Counted from the first letter of the stretch, positions 9,859-18,597 are shown. The stretch is DNA of 64,000 bases from an uncultured Candidatus Saccharibacteria bacterium (GCA_964601935.1 CAZROP010000001.1:275661-339660), one strand, 5' to 3'. Notes: generated by a model not told the origin, from the letters alone. Made by a program: numbers and translations.

Positions 9859-10812
9859 TTACGCAATATGCTCTCGACCATGATCGGTCAGTTCGCGACC
9901 GCGGGCGGTACGTTCGATGAATCCCAGGCGCATCAGATAGGGTTCTATGACGTCTTCCAGGGTCCCCTCGTCTTCGTCCAGGGCTGCTGCCAGGGTTTTG
10001 ATACCCGTGGGGCCACCATTGAATTTGTGTGCCAGAGTATTCAGATAGTCACGGTCGATTTTGCCCAGTCCACGATGATCAACGCCCAACATGTCCAGAG
10101 CCGCCACAGCCGACGGTCCATCGTACGCGGTATGGTGAACCTGCGCATAGTCACGGAAGCGCTTTATCAGATAGTTGGCAGTACGTGGTGTAGCGCGAGA
10201 TGCAGATACCAGCACGTCAACAGCATCAGAATCCAGTGCTATATTCAGCAATCCTGCAGAGCGGTTAATAATATGCGCCATTTCAGCATCATTATAGGGG
10301 TCCAATCGGTATACGCCACCGCTGAATCGCGCGCGCAGAGGTGCTGATAATAGGGCGATACGTGTAGTTGCTGCAACTAGGGTAAATGGTGGTAGATCCA
10401 GCTGTATTGTGCGTGCGCTAGGCCCCTTACCGACCATAATATCCAATACACCGCGTTCGAGGGCGGGGTAGAGGACTTCTTCTATCATTTTGTTCAGGCG
10501 ATGGATTTCGTCCACGAATAGGATGTCGCCGGGCTGCAGATTGGTAATCATGCTGGCGACGTCGCCGACTTTTTCCAGAGCAGGTCCTGATGTGGTTTTC
10601 AGCTGTCCGCCGATTTCGGATGCGATGAGCATGGACAGGGTGGTTTTGCCCAGACCAGGCGGTCCGTATAACAGCATGTGTTCCGGCTGGTGACCACGCT
10701 CGCGGCTGGCGGAGAGATGTACCTGAATGGCGCGTTTGGTGTCATTCTGACCAATATATTCATCCCAATTGGCAGGGCGCAGCAGTGTGTCGAGATTCAG
10801 ATGAGAGGACAT
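9859..10812 (-). CDS. ruvB: Holliday junction branch-migration helicase RuvB
   Basis: Walker A LLYGPPGLGKTTL and the RuvB N-terminal LRPANWDEYIGQ. Length is 317 aa. Confidence 0.9.
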   Translation of the reverse strand: MSSHLNLDTLLRPANWDEYIGQNDTKRAIQVHLSASRERGHQPEHMLLYGPPGLGKTTLSMLIASEIGGQLKTTSGPALEKVGDVASMITNLQPGDILFVDEIHRLNKMIEEVLYPALERGVLDIMVGKGPSARTIQLDLPPFTLVAATTRIALLSAPLRARFSGGVYRLDPYNDAEMAHIINRSAGLLNIALDSDAVDVLVSASRATPRTANYLIKRFRDYAQVHHTAYDGPSAVAALDMLGVDHRGLGKIDRDYLNTLAHKFNGGPTGIKTLAAALDEDEGTLEDVIEPYLMRLGFIERTARGRELTDHGREHIA

Positions 10813-11297
10813 ATGAGGGGATTATAGCATATTCAGGTTGTCGACTGGGGGTGTCTCGCTATTCCAAAGAAAAAGGCTGCATAGCGTGAGATTTGCTATG
10901 CAGCGATGACGAGAGTTTGTTGTATGAAGAAAAGAATCGCTTTCTCTAGAGAGATTGTAACATGTTCTGATTTGAATTCAATCTGGATAACAAAAAAGAG
11001 CTTATCCGGACAATACCGCACAAGCTCTCGTAGGAAATCACCCGACTGTTGCTAGGGAGGATCGCATAACGATTTCTCCTAGCTCAGACAAAATTAATAT
11101 AGACGCTATATGAGAAAAAACTTATAGAAAGTATATACCTATGAATGAGTGTGTCAATAGGTAGTCTTTGAAAACCTAACGTTGAGGCTGCAGAGAGGGG
11201 AGTAAGAGACATCACCCTGAAAAGTGACTCCCTCCTAGTCTCCCAAGAGTTAAGAGGGAGGAACGAACGGTTCGGGTCGCGTCGTAGACGCGACCAA

Positions 11298-11343
11298 CCA
11301 AACCCCACCCCTAACCCCTCCCCTTTGCTAGGGGAGGGGAACC
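11298..11343. repeat. short repeat family A copy (ccaaaccccacccctaacccctcccctttgctaggggaggggaacc)
   Basis: Near-identical to 16929..16974 and, in reverse complement, to 16825..16863. It contains a 9-bp palindrome cccctcccc/ggggagggg. Confidence 0.5.
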
Positions 11344-11461
11344 CGAACCACTAGACAAACACATAATCATGTTTCATAATGTACTTCATAAGTTGACACA
11401 GAATTATTTAGTTGTATGGTGAATTTAGTTTACACACTTTATCTCACACTATAAAAACTTA

Positions 11462-11998
11462 TTGGTGATGAAAGCACTGAACAAGGGTTTTGCGTATTTT
11501 TTTGCATTGATGGCTTGTATCTCGCTGATGCTCGTCTCTTGCAATACCCAGTCTGAACTCGTAGACAATTGGGTACCGGGCAATCTTGCTGTTATCAGTA
11601 ATTCTGCAGAAGGGCTGGTTCAGATTCTCGGCGGGAGTCAGGAGACGGTAGTAATTGCCGAGCATGGCAAGAATCGGCTCGTAGGGAAAGAAGGGTCAGT
11701 ATTCGATCAAGACTCGGTTTCTCGTCGTACTGCAATACAAGCTGCCGTTTCATTCCGTGATGCTAACGGAAACTGGCATGCTCTGGATAACTGCCTGGTA
11801 ACCCCGGGTACCAAGAAACAGGACCGCGTGACATTTGTTCCTGTCCTAATGCCGACTCAGGCAGAATATAATGGCTGGTGGCTGGTGGACGAACGAATAC
11901 TTGGCGATACTCCGAACGTCAACTCTTGGAGAGGGGCGCCAAAAGCAGTAAAGACCTCGTATAATGAGGAGGATTACACCAACGAAAAGAACGAGTAA
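11462..11998 (+). CDS. lipoprotein, paralog 1 of triplicated module
   Basis: Signal peptide with lipobox LVSC. The N-terminus MVMKALNKGF resembles the N-termini of 12480 and 13640. Confidence 0.55.
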   Translation: MVMKALNKGFAYFFALMACISLMLVSCNTQSELVDNWVPGNLAVISNSAEGLVQILGGSQETVVIAEHGKNRLVGKEGSVFDQDSVSRRTAIQAAVSFRDANGNWHALDNCLVTPGTKKQDRVTFVPVLMPTQAEYNGWWLVDERILGDTPNVNSWRGAPKAVKTSYNEEDYTNEKNE

Positions 11999-12285
11999 TG
12001 GATCGTGCGCAAATCTGGAACGGAATTAAGAAACGGTGGCTTGTATGGATTGCCTTTGCGGGGTTGCTCTTTGCCGGGTTAATCTGGGGCTGGATACTGT
12101 CATCTACTAATCCAGTTCAAGGCGACCAGTCTGTCCAAATCGTGGGCAAGCTTCCTGAGCATTTGACAGATGCGGACCTTCGCGCTGCTCGCGAGGCCCT
12201 AGGGCAACTTGATACATGGCAGCCACCTACTACGAACGAAGAAAAAGATTCGACCAATAACGCTGCTCGTTTACTGAGTAACTGA
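11998..12285 (+). CDS. small single-pass membrane protein, partner 1
   Basis: The start overlaps the upstream stop (TAATGG). A basic N-terminus is followed by one TM (WLVWIAFAGLLFAGLIWGWIL). Confidence 0.5.
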   Translation: MDRAQIWNGIKKRWLVWIAFAGLLFAGLIWGWILSSTNPVQGDQSVQIVGKLPEHLTDADLRAAREALGQLDTWQPPTTNEEKDSTNNAARLLSN

Positions 12286-12315
12286 ACGACAGATACGGTC
12301 AAACAAGCCTTGCAG

Positions 12316-12378
12316 AATTGAATAGTTACCTCTTGGGTGGCTCTCGATTCTGCAGGCTTTTTATTTTCACGAGTATGT
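12316..12378 (+). terminator. hairpin terminator after module 1
   Basis: gccttgcagaat...attctgcaggc followed by TTTTTATTTT. Confidence 0.45.
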
Positions 12379-12479
12379 TTTTGATGCTTTTGGGTGAGGG
12401 TTTTGAAACCTAATAAAGTATTGACATACCACAAAATAGCGTTAGGGTTAGGTTAAAATTCATCAAAAATATTTGTATC

Positions 12480-13013
12480 ATGAAAGCATTGAAAAGATTA
12501 AACTTCTTTGCACTGATGGTGTGCGGCTTTATGCTGTCGCTCGCCTCGTGCGCTTCTGAAAATGGTGGACTTACTCGTTCGTTGGATGTGAACGACTCAG
12601 CGGATCCCCTCGTTGCCACCCTCAGGGAAAACAAGGGGGCCGTGCGCGGTGCCGTCAAAGAAGTTGGTGAGTTCGAGCGCGTTCGCGTTGGATGTATCGG
12701 CTACAATGCCGAACCTCGGGCCTTGGACGGTATGAGTGTATTTACGGTCCTCGAGACGTTCTACGATACGCTTGCGTATGCGATGGTAGCGTTTCAGGGT
12801 AGTAATGGCGAAAAGTTTTGGTACGACGACGTTCGGGTTGGTACAGATACCAAGCCCGGCACTACTGCGGAATTTGTGATACTTGTAGACGAAGAAACGA
12901 AAGAGTCAATAGTCATCGAGAAAGGACGGGTTCCTGTAAAACTGAAGCGGCTTCGATTTTCAGAGTCAGAGGAGAAGCGTCTGTTGCCCGCCCATCAAAG
13001 AGAACAGCCATGA
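12480..13013 (+). CDS. lipoprotein, paralog 2
   Basis: N-terminus MKALKRLNFF. Lipobox LASC. Same length (177 aa) as paralogs 1 and 3. Confidence 0.55.
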   Translation: MKALKRLNFFALMVCGFMLSLASCASENGGLTRSLDVNDSADPLVATLRENKGAVRGAVKEVGEFERVRVGCIGYNAEPRALDGMSVFTVLETFYDTLAYAMVAFQGSNGEKFWYDDVRVGTDTKPGTTAEFVILVDEETKESIVIEKGRVPVKLKRLRFSESEEKRLLPAHQREQP

Positions 13014-13279
13014 GGTTCAGCGTTATCCGTATAGCGTCTTCGTGGGATAAGCAACGGAAGAAAATTATCTGGATGATGGTCGCTATCTTTCTATTCCTGG
13101 TACTGGTCGGCTATGGCGTATGGTTTGCATGCCAGCCAGCAAAGTGTCCAGCTATTGGAGAAAGGAAAGTCTCTATTGAGCAGGTCATATTGATTCCTCT
13201 TGATTCCAATATGACGCCTGAACAAATCCAGGAATTTCTCAATGCGTCAGGAGAGGTTCGCACATTACCGCAGGATTAA
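13010..13279 (+). CDS. small single-pass membrane protein, partner 2
   Basis: ATGA start/stop overlap. A basic N-terminus, then the TM IIWMMVAIFLFLVLVGYGVWF. The listed ORF 12818..13279 is the same frame extended upstream. Confidence 0.45.
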   Translation: MRFSVIRIASSWDKQRKKIIWMMVAIFLFLVLVGYGVWFACQPAKCPAIGERKVSIEQVILIPLDSNMTPEQIQEFLNASGEVRTLPQD

Positions 13280-13355
13280 GAACGAACGACACAATCAAAG
13301 ACTTGCACTATAGATAGCATCACTGGATGTTCTATAGCGCAGGTCTTTTTCATAT

Positions 13356-13522
13356 TCTGTCTTCCTGGCCTCCAAGCTGGGATGTGCAAAATAATGAGCG
13401 ATAGCGAATATATTTTGCCATGCAAAGCTCCAGAATTAGAAAAACCAACTGGAGTTCTATAAGTGTTTTGAATCCTGGGTCCCAGATCTTCGCCATGGCT
13501 GCGTCTGGGAAGACGGAAGAGG
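13356..13522. repeat. copy 2 (most complete) of MITE-like element with terminal inverted repeats
   Basis: The 5-prime end ttctgtcttcctggcctccaagctggga and the 3-prime end tgggaagacggaagagg are inverted complements of each other (consensus cctcttccgtcttccc ... gggaagacggaagagg). The 5-prime end includes the hairpin tcccagc-ctccga-gctggga. Confidence 0.6.
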
Positions 13523-13639
13523 AGGTGCGAGTGTGCTTGTCTTGCCAAATGTACAGAACAATTCTGTAGCGTGAAAAAACGATTGACATATTATGGTATA
13601 GATATATCGTGAAGGTAATCATTCACATAAAATTCACTG

Positions 13640-14173
13640 ATGATGAAAGCATTAAACAGTTTCAGATTTGCGGTGATGGTTTGCGCTTTATTTATAGCGC
13701 TTACCTCCTGCGTGGGAATAAAAAATGAAATTCAGAGCGACCTGGGGTCAGGTAGCTATCTTTTCGAGGCATTGGAAAATAGCCCTCAATCCGGAGTGGT
13801 ATGGGAGGTTCAAGGCGATACCATTTTGTATATCCAGTACGGAAAAACTATACCCAGGTATAGCGCCCAAAGCCAATTTAAACCTGAAGGAGTAGAAACA
13901 CTGCACTGCGCCCTAGCGAAAGTTTGCTTTCAATTGGGGTCCCAAGAACCAGAATGTATCAGCAATTGCGCTGTTTCTGTGGCTTCGACAAAAGGAGACT
14001 CAATCCCGATGGCTGCTGTTTTTGTTCCACCTTATTCCGGCCAGTCTGGCTTTTGGGTGTTAATGCACGAAGGCACTGTCCGGGGTTTGCCGGTCGGGAC
14101 TATTACGCGGCCGGCAGGCTGGGCGGCAGGAGGACGGCTCAGTCAGGTGGATCCAAAAAACCAACGACCATGA
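13640..14173 (+). CDS. lipoprotein, paralog 3
   Basis: N-terminus MMKALNSFRF. Lipobox LTSC. 177 aa. Confidence 0.55.
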   Translation: MMKALNSFRFAVMVCALFIALTSCVGIKNEIQSDLGSGSYLFEALENSPQSGVVWEVQGDTILYIQYGKTIPRYSAQSQFKPEGVETLHCALAKVCFQLGSQEPECISNCAVSVASTKGDSIPMAAVFVPPYSGQSGFWVLMHEGTVRGLPVGTITRPAGWAAGGRLSQVDPKNQRP

Positions 14174-14481
14174 AGGTGCGAACTGCTAGTCTGCGAAAAT
14201 TGTGGCAGAGACACAAAGCCCGTATACTCTGTATCAGTATTTTGTTTCTGGTGGCAGGAGGGCTTGCTCCATGGGCTATGCGATTATCAGATCTGCCGGA
14301 TGCCTCCTCATTCCAACATCTCTCGCCTGCACAGCGGAGGGCGCTGGATAGAGCCGCAAAAAATGCAAAAGAGCTGAGCTGGCCGATGCCCAAGCAATGG
14401 GGGCGGGATACTGCGGGTCTGTACTGCAATCAGGGTCCTGTTGCTGCCGAAGAACCTCGATTTCAGAGGTTCGGGGAATGA
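14170..14481 (+). CDS. small single-pass membrane protein, partner 3
   Basis: ATGA overlap with the upstream stop. A basic N-terminus, then the TM ILCISILFLVAGGLAPWAM. Confidence 0.45.
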   Translation: MKVRTASLRKLWQRHKARILCISILFLVAGGLAPWAMRLSDLPDASSFQHLSPAQRRALDRAAKNAKELSWPMPKQWGRDTAGLYCNQGPVAAEEPRFQRFGE

Positions 14482-14500
14482 TGAGAGGTAGGTTTATAGT

Positions 14501-14540
14501 AAAAGCTCTTTGGTCAGTTAGATCAAAGAGCTTTTTATTT
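14501..14540. terminator. bidirectional rho-independent terminator
   Basis: aaaagctctttg-gtcagttagat-caaagagctttt plus T-run, between convergent genes. Confidence 0.6.
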
Positions 14541-14579
14541 TCTCAAATTGTTCAGTAGTCAGTAGTCTATGCAAATAGG

Positions 14580-15068
14580 TCACAGTTCCATAATCATTGC
14601 GAGCATGAGCGGGATAGTCAGAATTGCTGATAGGCAGCTGAATATCAGGCAAATGACGATGGCTGGCTTTATCTTGTTGGGCCACCAGTTGCTCAAGACG
14701 CCTATACAGCACAGGTTGCTGAACCCTCCCCCGAGCCCTATGCTAAGTGGATAACATAGCCATAAATCAAACGGAAACTGAACGCAGATCCAACCAAATG
14801 CCAGAACCCACCCTATGGCTAGGAGTAAGCTCGCTCCTGCTAGTATTTGGAGCGCGTAAGCCTTCTTTGTTTTGGGGGCGATGAGTAGCCATGATGTACA
14901 GCAGGGTGCGGTGATGTTTTCTAGTGGTACATCCAGTGTCATCTCATAAGAAAGCTGTTGTCGATACTTTTGTATCGCCAAGCTTGCTGCACTGAATATT
15001 GCCTGGATCAAGAAGACTAGGCACAGTGTCATAGTAGAATAGCGCATGACTAAATCCAGGTAGTACAT
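14580..15068 (-). CDS. hypothetical polytopic membrane protein
   Basis: Multiple hydrophobic helices. Confidence 0.5.
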   Translation of the reverse strand: MYYLDLVMRYSTMTLCLVFLIQAIFSAASLAIQKYRQQLSYEMTLDVPLENITAPCCTSWLLIAPKTKKAYALQILAGASLLLAIGWVLAFGWICVQFPFDLWLCYPLSIGLGGGFSNLCCIGVLSNWWPNKIKPAIVICLIFSCLSAILTIPLMLAMIMEL

Positions 15069-15256
15069 GAGTTGTTATATTATTGGGTGAAGAAATAGGG
15101 TTTATATATAACATATACCTGATAAGGAATCAGTCAAGGGGCTCTCATACATTCACAAGCCTGGGTCTGTTGATAGTTCTATTGCGGGCAGGTGCTACTG
15201 GACGCATACTGCATACAAACTATCTACTTTTGTCACGTTATAAAAAGAGAACAGTT

Positions 15257-15709
15257 ATGAAAAGTCTATTGTTATTGGTTTTGGGTTTTTTGGGTTACAA
15301 CTACAACACTACATCTGCGGACGATTCAGTAGTTAAGGTGCTCCAGTCAGGCAAAATGATCACGGCAGAAGTCATTACTCAGCATGGTGATGAGGCACAG
15401 CATGGAGTTCGTATGCTGGAAAAGGGAAAGGCCCGTACTATGCAGTTGCAGGCAATAGTTGTCACGGTAGCATTCTCCTTGAGTGGTATGCATCACACCT
15501 CCAAAGTGCTGGCGGCATACGAGGAGGGCATCGAGGGAAGTGAAGTCCAGGTGGTGGGAATCACCTGGGATGGGAGTAATTACCAATTGTTGACCGAAGA
15601 GCTGGCACGGGACAACGATCTTTGCACCAAGGTCATCCCGCAGCTACCGTTGGTCCCGGGCTGCTCGTGTGTCACCAGGCCAATAAGGGTAAGAGTCACG
15701 AGGCCATGA
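15257..15709 (+). CDS. hypothetical secreted protein
   Basis: Internal Met with the signal peptide MKSLLLLVLGFLGYNYN. The listed ORF 15083..15709 extends upstream. Confidence 0.45.
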   Translation: MKSLLLLVLGFLGYNYNTTSADDSVVKVLQSGKMITAEVITQHGDEAQHGVRMLEKGKARTMQLQAIVVTVAFSLSGMHHTSKVLAAYEEGIEGSEVQVVGITWDGSNYQLLTEELARDNDLCTKVIPQLPLVPGCSCVTRPIRVRVTRP

Positions 15710-15806
15710 ATTCCGCTGATTCAGAGGTTTCACAACCGCATAATTTGCATTATATATGACCAAAAAAGTCATATTATATGGCAGATTATGCGGTTTTTGT
15801 TGGGGA

Positions 15807-15856
15807 TAGCGACTCCTCCTGTGTCCCCCCTCTAGCTAGAAGGGGAAGACCAAATG
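15807..15856. repeat. short repeat family B copy
   Basis: tagcgactcctcctgtgtcccccctctagctagaaggggaagaccaaa, matching 9814..9855. Confidence 0.4.
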
Positions 15857-15929
15857 TATTGACATTACAATATAGTATTGTAATATATAGGATAGTTAAC
15901 TGATTCAAAAATCTTTAAAATAATACATC

Positions 15930-16724
15930 ATGGGATATCTTCCGCTTATTATAGGGTTAGCTATCCTCTTTGGAGGATCTGGTTACGTTATATATTACCT
16001 TCTTGGCAGACCTCGCCTCCAAGAGATGAAGGCTCGTGACGAGCCTGCTGCGATAAGGTTCACTTACAAGATCCTATTCTTAGGGGCTATGGCGGGCGTA
16101 GCCCTCACAATTTGGGTGCTATACTCTGCAGGGTTAATCACAATGCCTTCTCTAGCCAATGAACAAAGGAACTCCGCTACCGAAGAGCCGTTGGAGCAGT
16201 ATGAGAACGACAGTCCAGGGCAGGTTGCCCAGGAAGCTACTACGAACAACATGACTAAAATCCCGACTCAGATTGGGGTAATACAGGAAGAAAAAAATGA
16301 AAACCCAAAAACTCGAGAGTACACGCTCCCGATGGATGGCAAGAACAATATGATCATCTCGCTCTGTATTAAAAAGGAAGGGGGAAAAGGCTGGAAGGTG
16401 GTCACGCTCAGTATTGCCGACACTCAGACAGTTGTTCGCGACAAATACGCGAATGATACGGTCGAGGAGCCAGTTCTGTGGCTGTACAAGCAGCCAGGAT
16501 GGTTCTCGAGCGCAGATCCTATCTACCTGCGCGAATCGTGGTCCGCTACACTGGATCAGGTTTTTGCAGAGCTGGAATGCAAGTCTCGCAATCCATGGCC
16601 GGAGTACATTCGTGCAGACCATTGGTCTGAAGCAACGGATAGAACGTATCGCTGGGGGAGTGATGCTGTCAAGAAAATGGCAGCAGCCCTGGACGTTGTT
16701 CGTTCCCTTGAAGTAGAGAAATGA
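15930..16724 (+). CDS. hypothetical membrane protein
   Basis: Two N-terminal TM helices. A TTGACA-17-TAATAT promoter-like sequence sits upstream at about 15868. Confidence 0.5.
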   Translation: MGYLPLIIGLAILFGGSGYVIYYLLGRPRLQEMKARDEPAAIRFTYKILFLGAMAGVALTIWVLYSAGLITMPSLANEQRNSATEEPLEQYENDSPGQVAQEATTNNMTKIPTQIGVIQEEKNENPKTREYTLPMDGKNNMIISLCIKKEGGKGWKVVTLSIADTQTVVRDKYANDTVEEPVLWLYKQPGWFSSADPIYLRESWSATLDQVFAELECKSRNPWPEYIRADHWSEATDRTYRWGSDAVKKMAAALDVVRSLEVEK

Positions 16725-16824
16725 CTACGTGTATTGCAGAACGCATCACATACATTATCGGTACTACCTGTTGGTAGAATTCGATTGAATGTATGTGATG
16801 CGTTTTTTGTTTTCTGGGTTTTGC

Positions 16825-16974
16825 TCCTCCCCCTAGCAAAGGGGGAGGTTGGGAGGGGGTTTGTTTCTTGCAAGAGTTAAAAAGGTTGGGATTGAATCCC
16901 TTCTACCCCGAGACAGGAATCCCGAAAGCCAAACCCCACACCCTGTCCCTCCCCTTTGCTAGGGGATGGTAACC
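16825..16974. repeat. composite ~150-bp element bounded by inverted copies of repeat family A
   Basis: 16825..16863 is the reverse complement of 16929..16974. Both match 11298..11343. The internal hairpin is gggattgaatccc. Confidence 0.5.
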
Positions 16975-17019
16975 AAAACATCTTCGCACCAGCTACCTTT
17001 TCATGTATACTATATTCAT

Positions 17020-18201
17020 ATGAATATTATTACCGATCCAGAACGAATTGATGCAGTACTGTCCCGTGGTGTAGTAGAGGTTATTGGCGAGGAGCGCCTG
17101 CGCGAACGAATGTTGGCAGGCGAGCAGTTACGTATCAAATTCGGCATTGACCCGACGAGTGCGCATATACATTTGGGGCGCTCTATACCGCTGTTAAAAT
17201 TGCGTGATTTCCAGTCACTGGGCCATCAGGCTGTGCTAATTGTCGGAACCTTCACCGCCCAGGTGGGGGATACTAGTGACAAAGACGCTGAACGCCCCAT
17301 GCTGTCCGCCGAAACAGTTCAGGAGAACCTGACGAATTATTTAGATCAAGCAGGAAAAATAATTGACATTGCCAGTGCAGAAATTCATTACAACCATACA
17401 TGGCTCGAGCCACTGACATTCGCACAGGTGTCACAATTGTGTGATCAATTTTCTGTGAACGAATTTATATCACGTGATGTTATTGATAGGCGTATTGTTG
17501 CGGGCAAGCGTGTATCATTGCGAGAAATGCTGTACCCTCTAATGCAGGGCTATGATTCTGTCATGGTGCGTGCTGATGTAGAGTTGGGTGGTACTGATCA
17601 GCGATTCAATTGTCTGGCGGGACGCGCTCTGCAAAAATCTGCATCGCAGGAACCTCAAAGTATTATAGTAGGCCCTATTATCAACGGTACCGATGGCGCA
17701 AAAATGAGTTCCAGCAAAGGCAATGTAGTGCGCCTGACCCATTCTCCGGTAGATATGTTCGGACTGTTAATGGCTGCTAACGATGAGCAAATTATCGAAT
17801 ATTTGATAACACTCACACGCGAACCAATAGGCGATATCGCGCTGATGCGGCATCAGCTGGATCAAGGGGTAAATCCTCGCGATATAAAAATGAAGATGGC
17901 GCATGCAATCACTGCCCAGTATCATGGTGCAGATGCTGCGCAGGCAGCGCAGGATGGCTGGATTGCACAGTTCAGCAACAACCAATTACCCGAAGATATT
18001 CCAGAAATTACGCCCAGTGAATGGGATATTGTGACTGTGCTGATAGAGTCTGGGTTGGTATCATCCAAAACAGAGGCACGTCGTATGATAGAACAGGGAG
18101 CAATTCGGGTGAACCAGGAGTCAACACATCTATTGGATCACGTAGTAATACCGGGCGATATTGTGTCTCGTGGTAAACTACATTTTGTGAAAGTGGTGTA
18201 A
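17020..18201 (+). CDS. tyrS: tyrosyl-tRNA synthetase
   Basis: HIGH-like AHIHLGR. LRDFQSLGHQAVLIVGTFTAQVGDTSDK matches the TyrRS LQ.AGH..I.L.GG.T..IGDPSGK block. KMSSSKG is present. A C-terminal S4 domain SKTEARRMIEQGAIRVN is present. The upstream ATG at 16966 lies inside a repeat element, so 17020 is preferred. Confidence 0.8.
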   Translation: MNIITDPERIDAVLSRGVVEVIGEERLRERMLAGEQLRIKFGIDPTSAHIHLGRSIPLLKLRDFQSLGHQAVLIVGTFTAQVGDTSDKDAERPMLSAETVQENLTNYLDQAGKIIDIASAEIHYNHTWLEPLTFAQVSQLCDQFSVNEFISRDVIDRRIVAGKRVSLREMLYPLMQGYDSVMVRADVELGGTDQRFNCLAGRALQKSASQEPQSIIVGPIINGTDGAKMSSSKGNVVRLTHSPVDMFGLLMAANDEQIIEYLITLTREPIGDIALMRHQLDQGVNPRDIKMKMAHAITAQYHGADAAQAAQDGWIAQFSNNQLPEDIPEITPSEWDIVTVLIESGLVSSKTEARRMIEQGAIRVNQESTHLLDHVVIPGDIVSRGKLHFVKVV

Positions 18202-18239
18202 TTTACCTTACGTGGCGTTGTCAAGAGGGGTCCAAGATT

Positions 18240-18597
18240 GGGTAGTTGACATATATATAATATAATGATACATTGTATGCATAGGTTCTATTTCTGTGGG
18301 TTTTTCGGTTGACGCCGAGTTATCCCCCAAACGGTCCCTTGATTTTGTATCGTTCGTGTATATAGTGAGAATACTATCGTGTCTGATCTATAGTGCTCGG
18401 TATTCTCATTACTTTCGTTTCAGGGTGTGGGGAGGCTTCTGACGGTGCGTGGGCTTGTATCCACGATGTCTTTCGAACCCCTTACTCTATCCCGTCTTTT
18501 CACAGGCTCGTGGAAAGGAAAGTGATGAGAATACTCGGCGGTATCTAGTAGATAGCAATAACAAAAAACACCTTTGTATGAAAGGTGTTTTTTGTTG
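18240..18597 (+). ncRNA. candidate structured ncRNA (identity unresolved)
   Basis: About 410 bp with no ORF, between convergent genes. It has a TTGACA promoter-like box at 18246, long-range inverted repeats (gagaatac/gtattctc and ggtattctcattactttc versus gaaagtgatgagaatactc), and a terminal hairpin aaaaaacacctttgtatgaaaggtgtttttt. Confidence 0.3.

Noticed and set aside
9694-10347. 217-aa ORF on + strand
   Set aside because: Antisense within ruvB.
12818-13279. 153-aa ORF overlapping the end of the second lipoprotein gene
   Set aside because: The first 64 codons lie inside the lipoprotein CDS in another frame. The conserved module architecture places the start at the ATGA overlap (13010).
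16966-17019. Upstream ATG start for tyrS
   Set aside because: This ATG sits inside repeat family A (16929..16974). The MNIITDPERID start at 17020 aligns with TyrRS N-termini. Kept as an alternative only.
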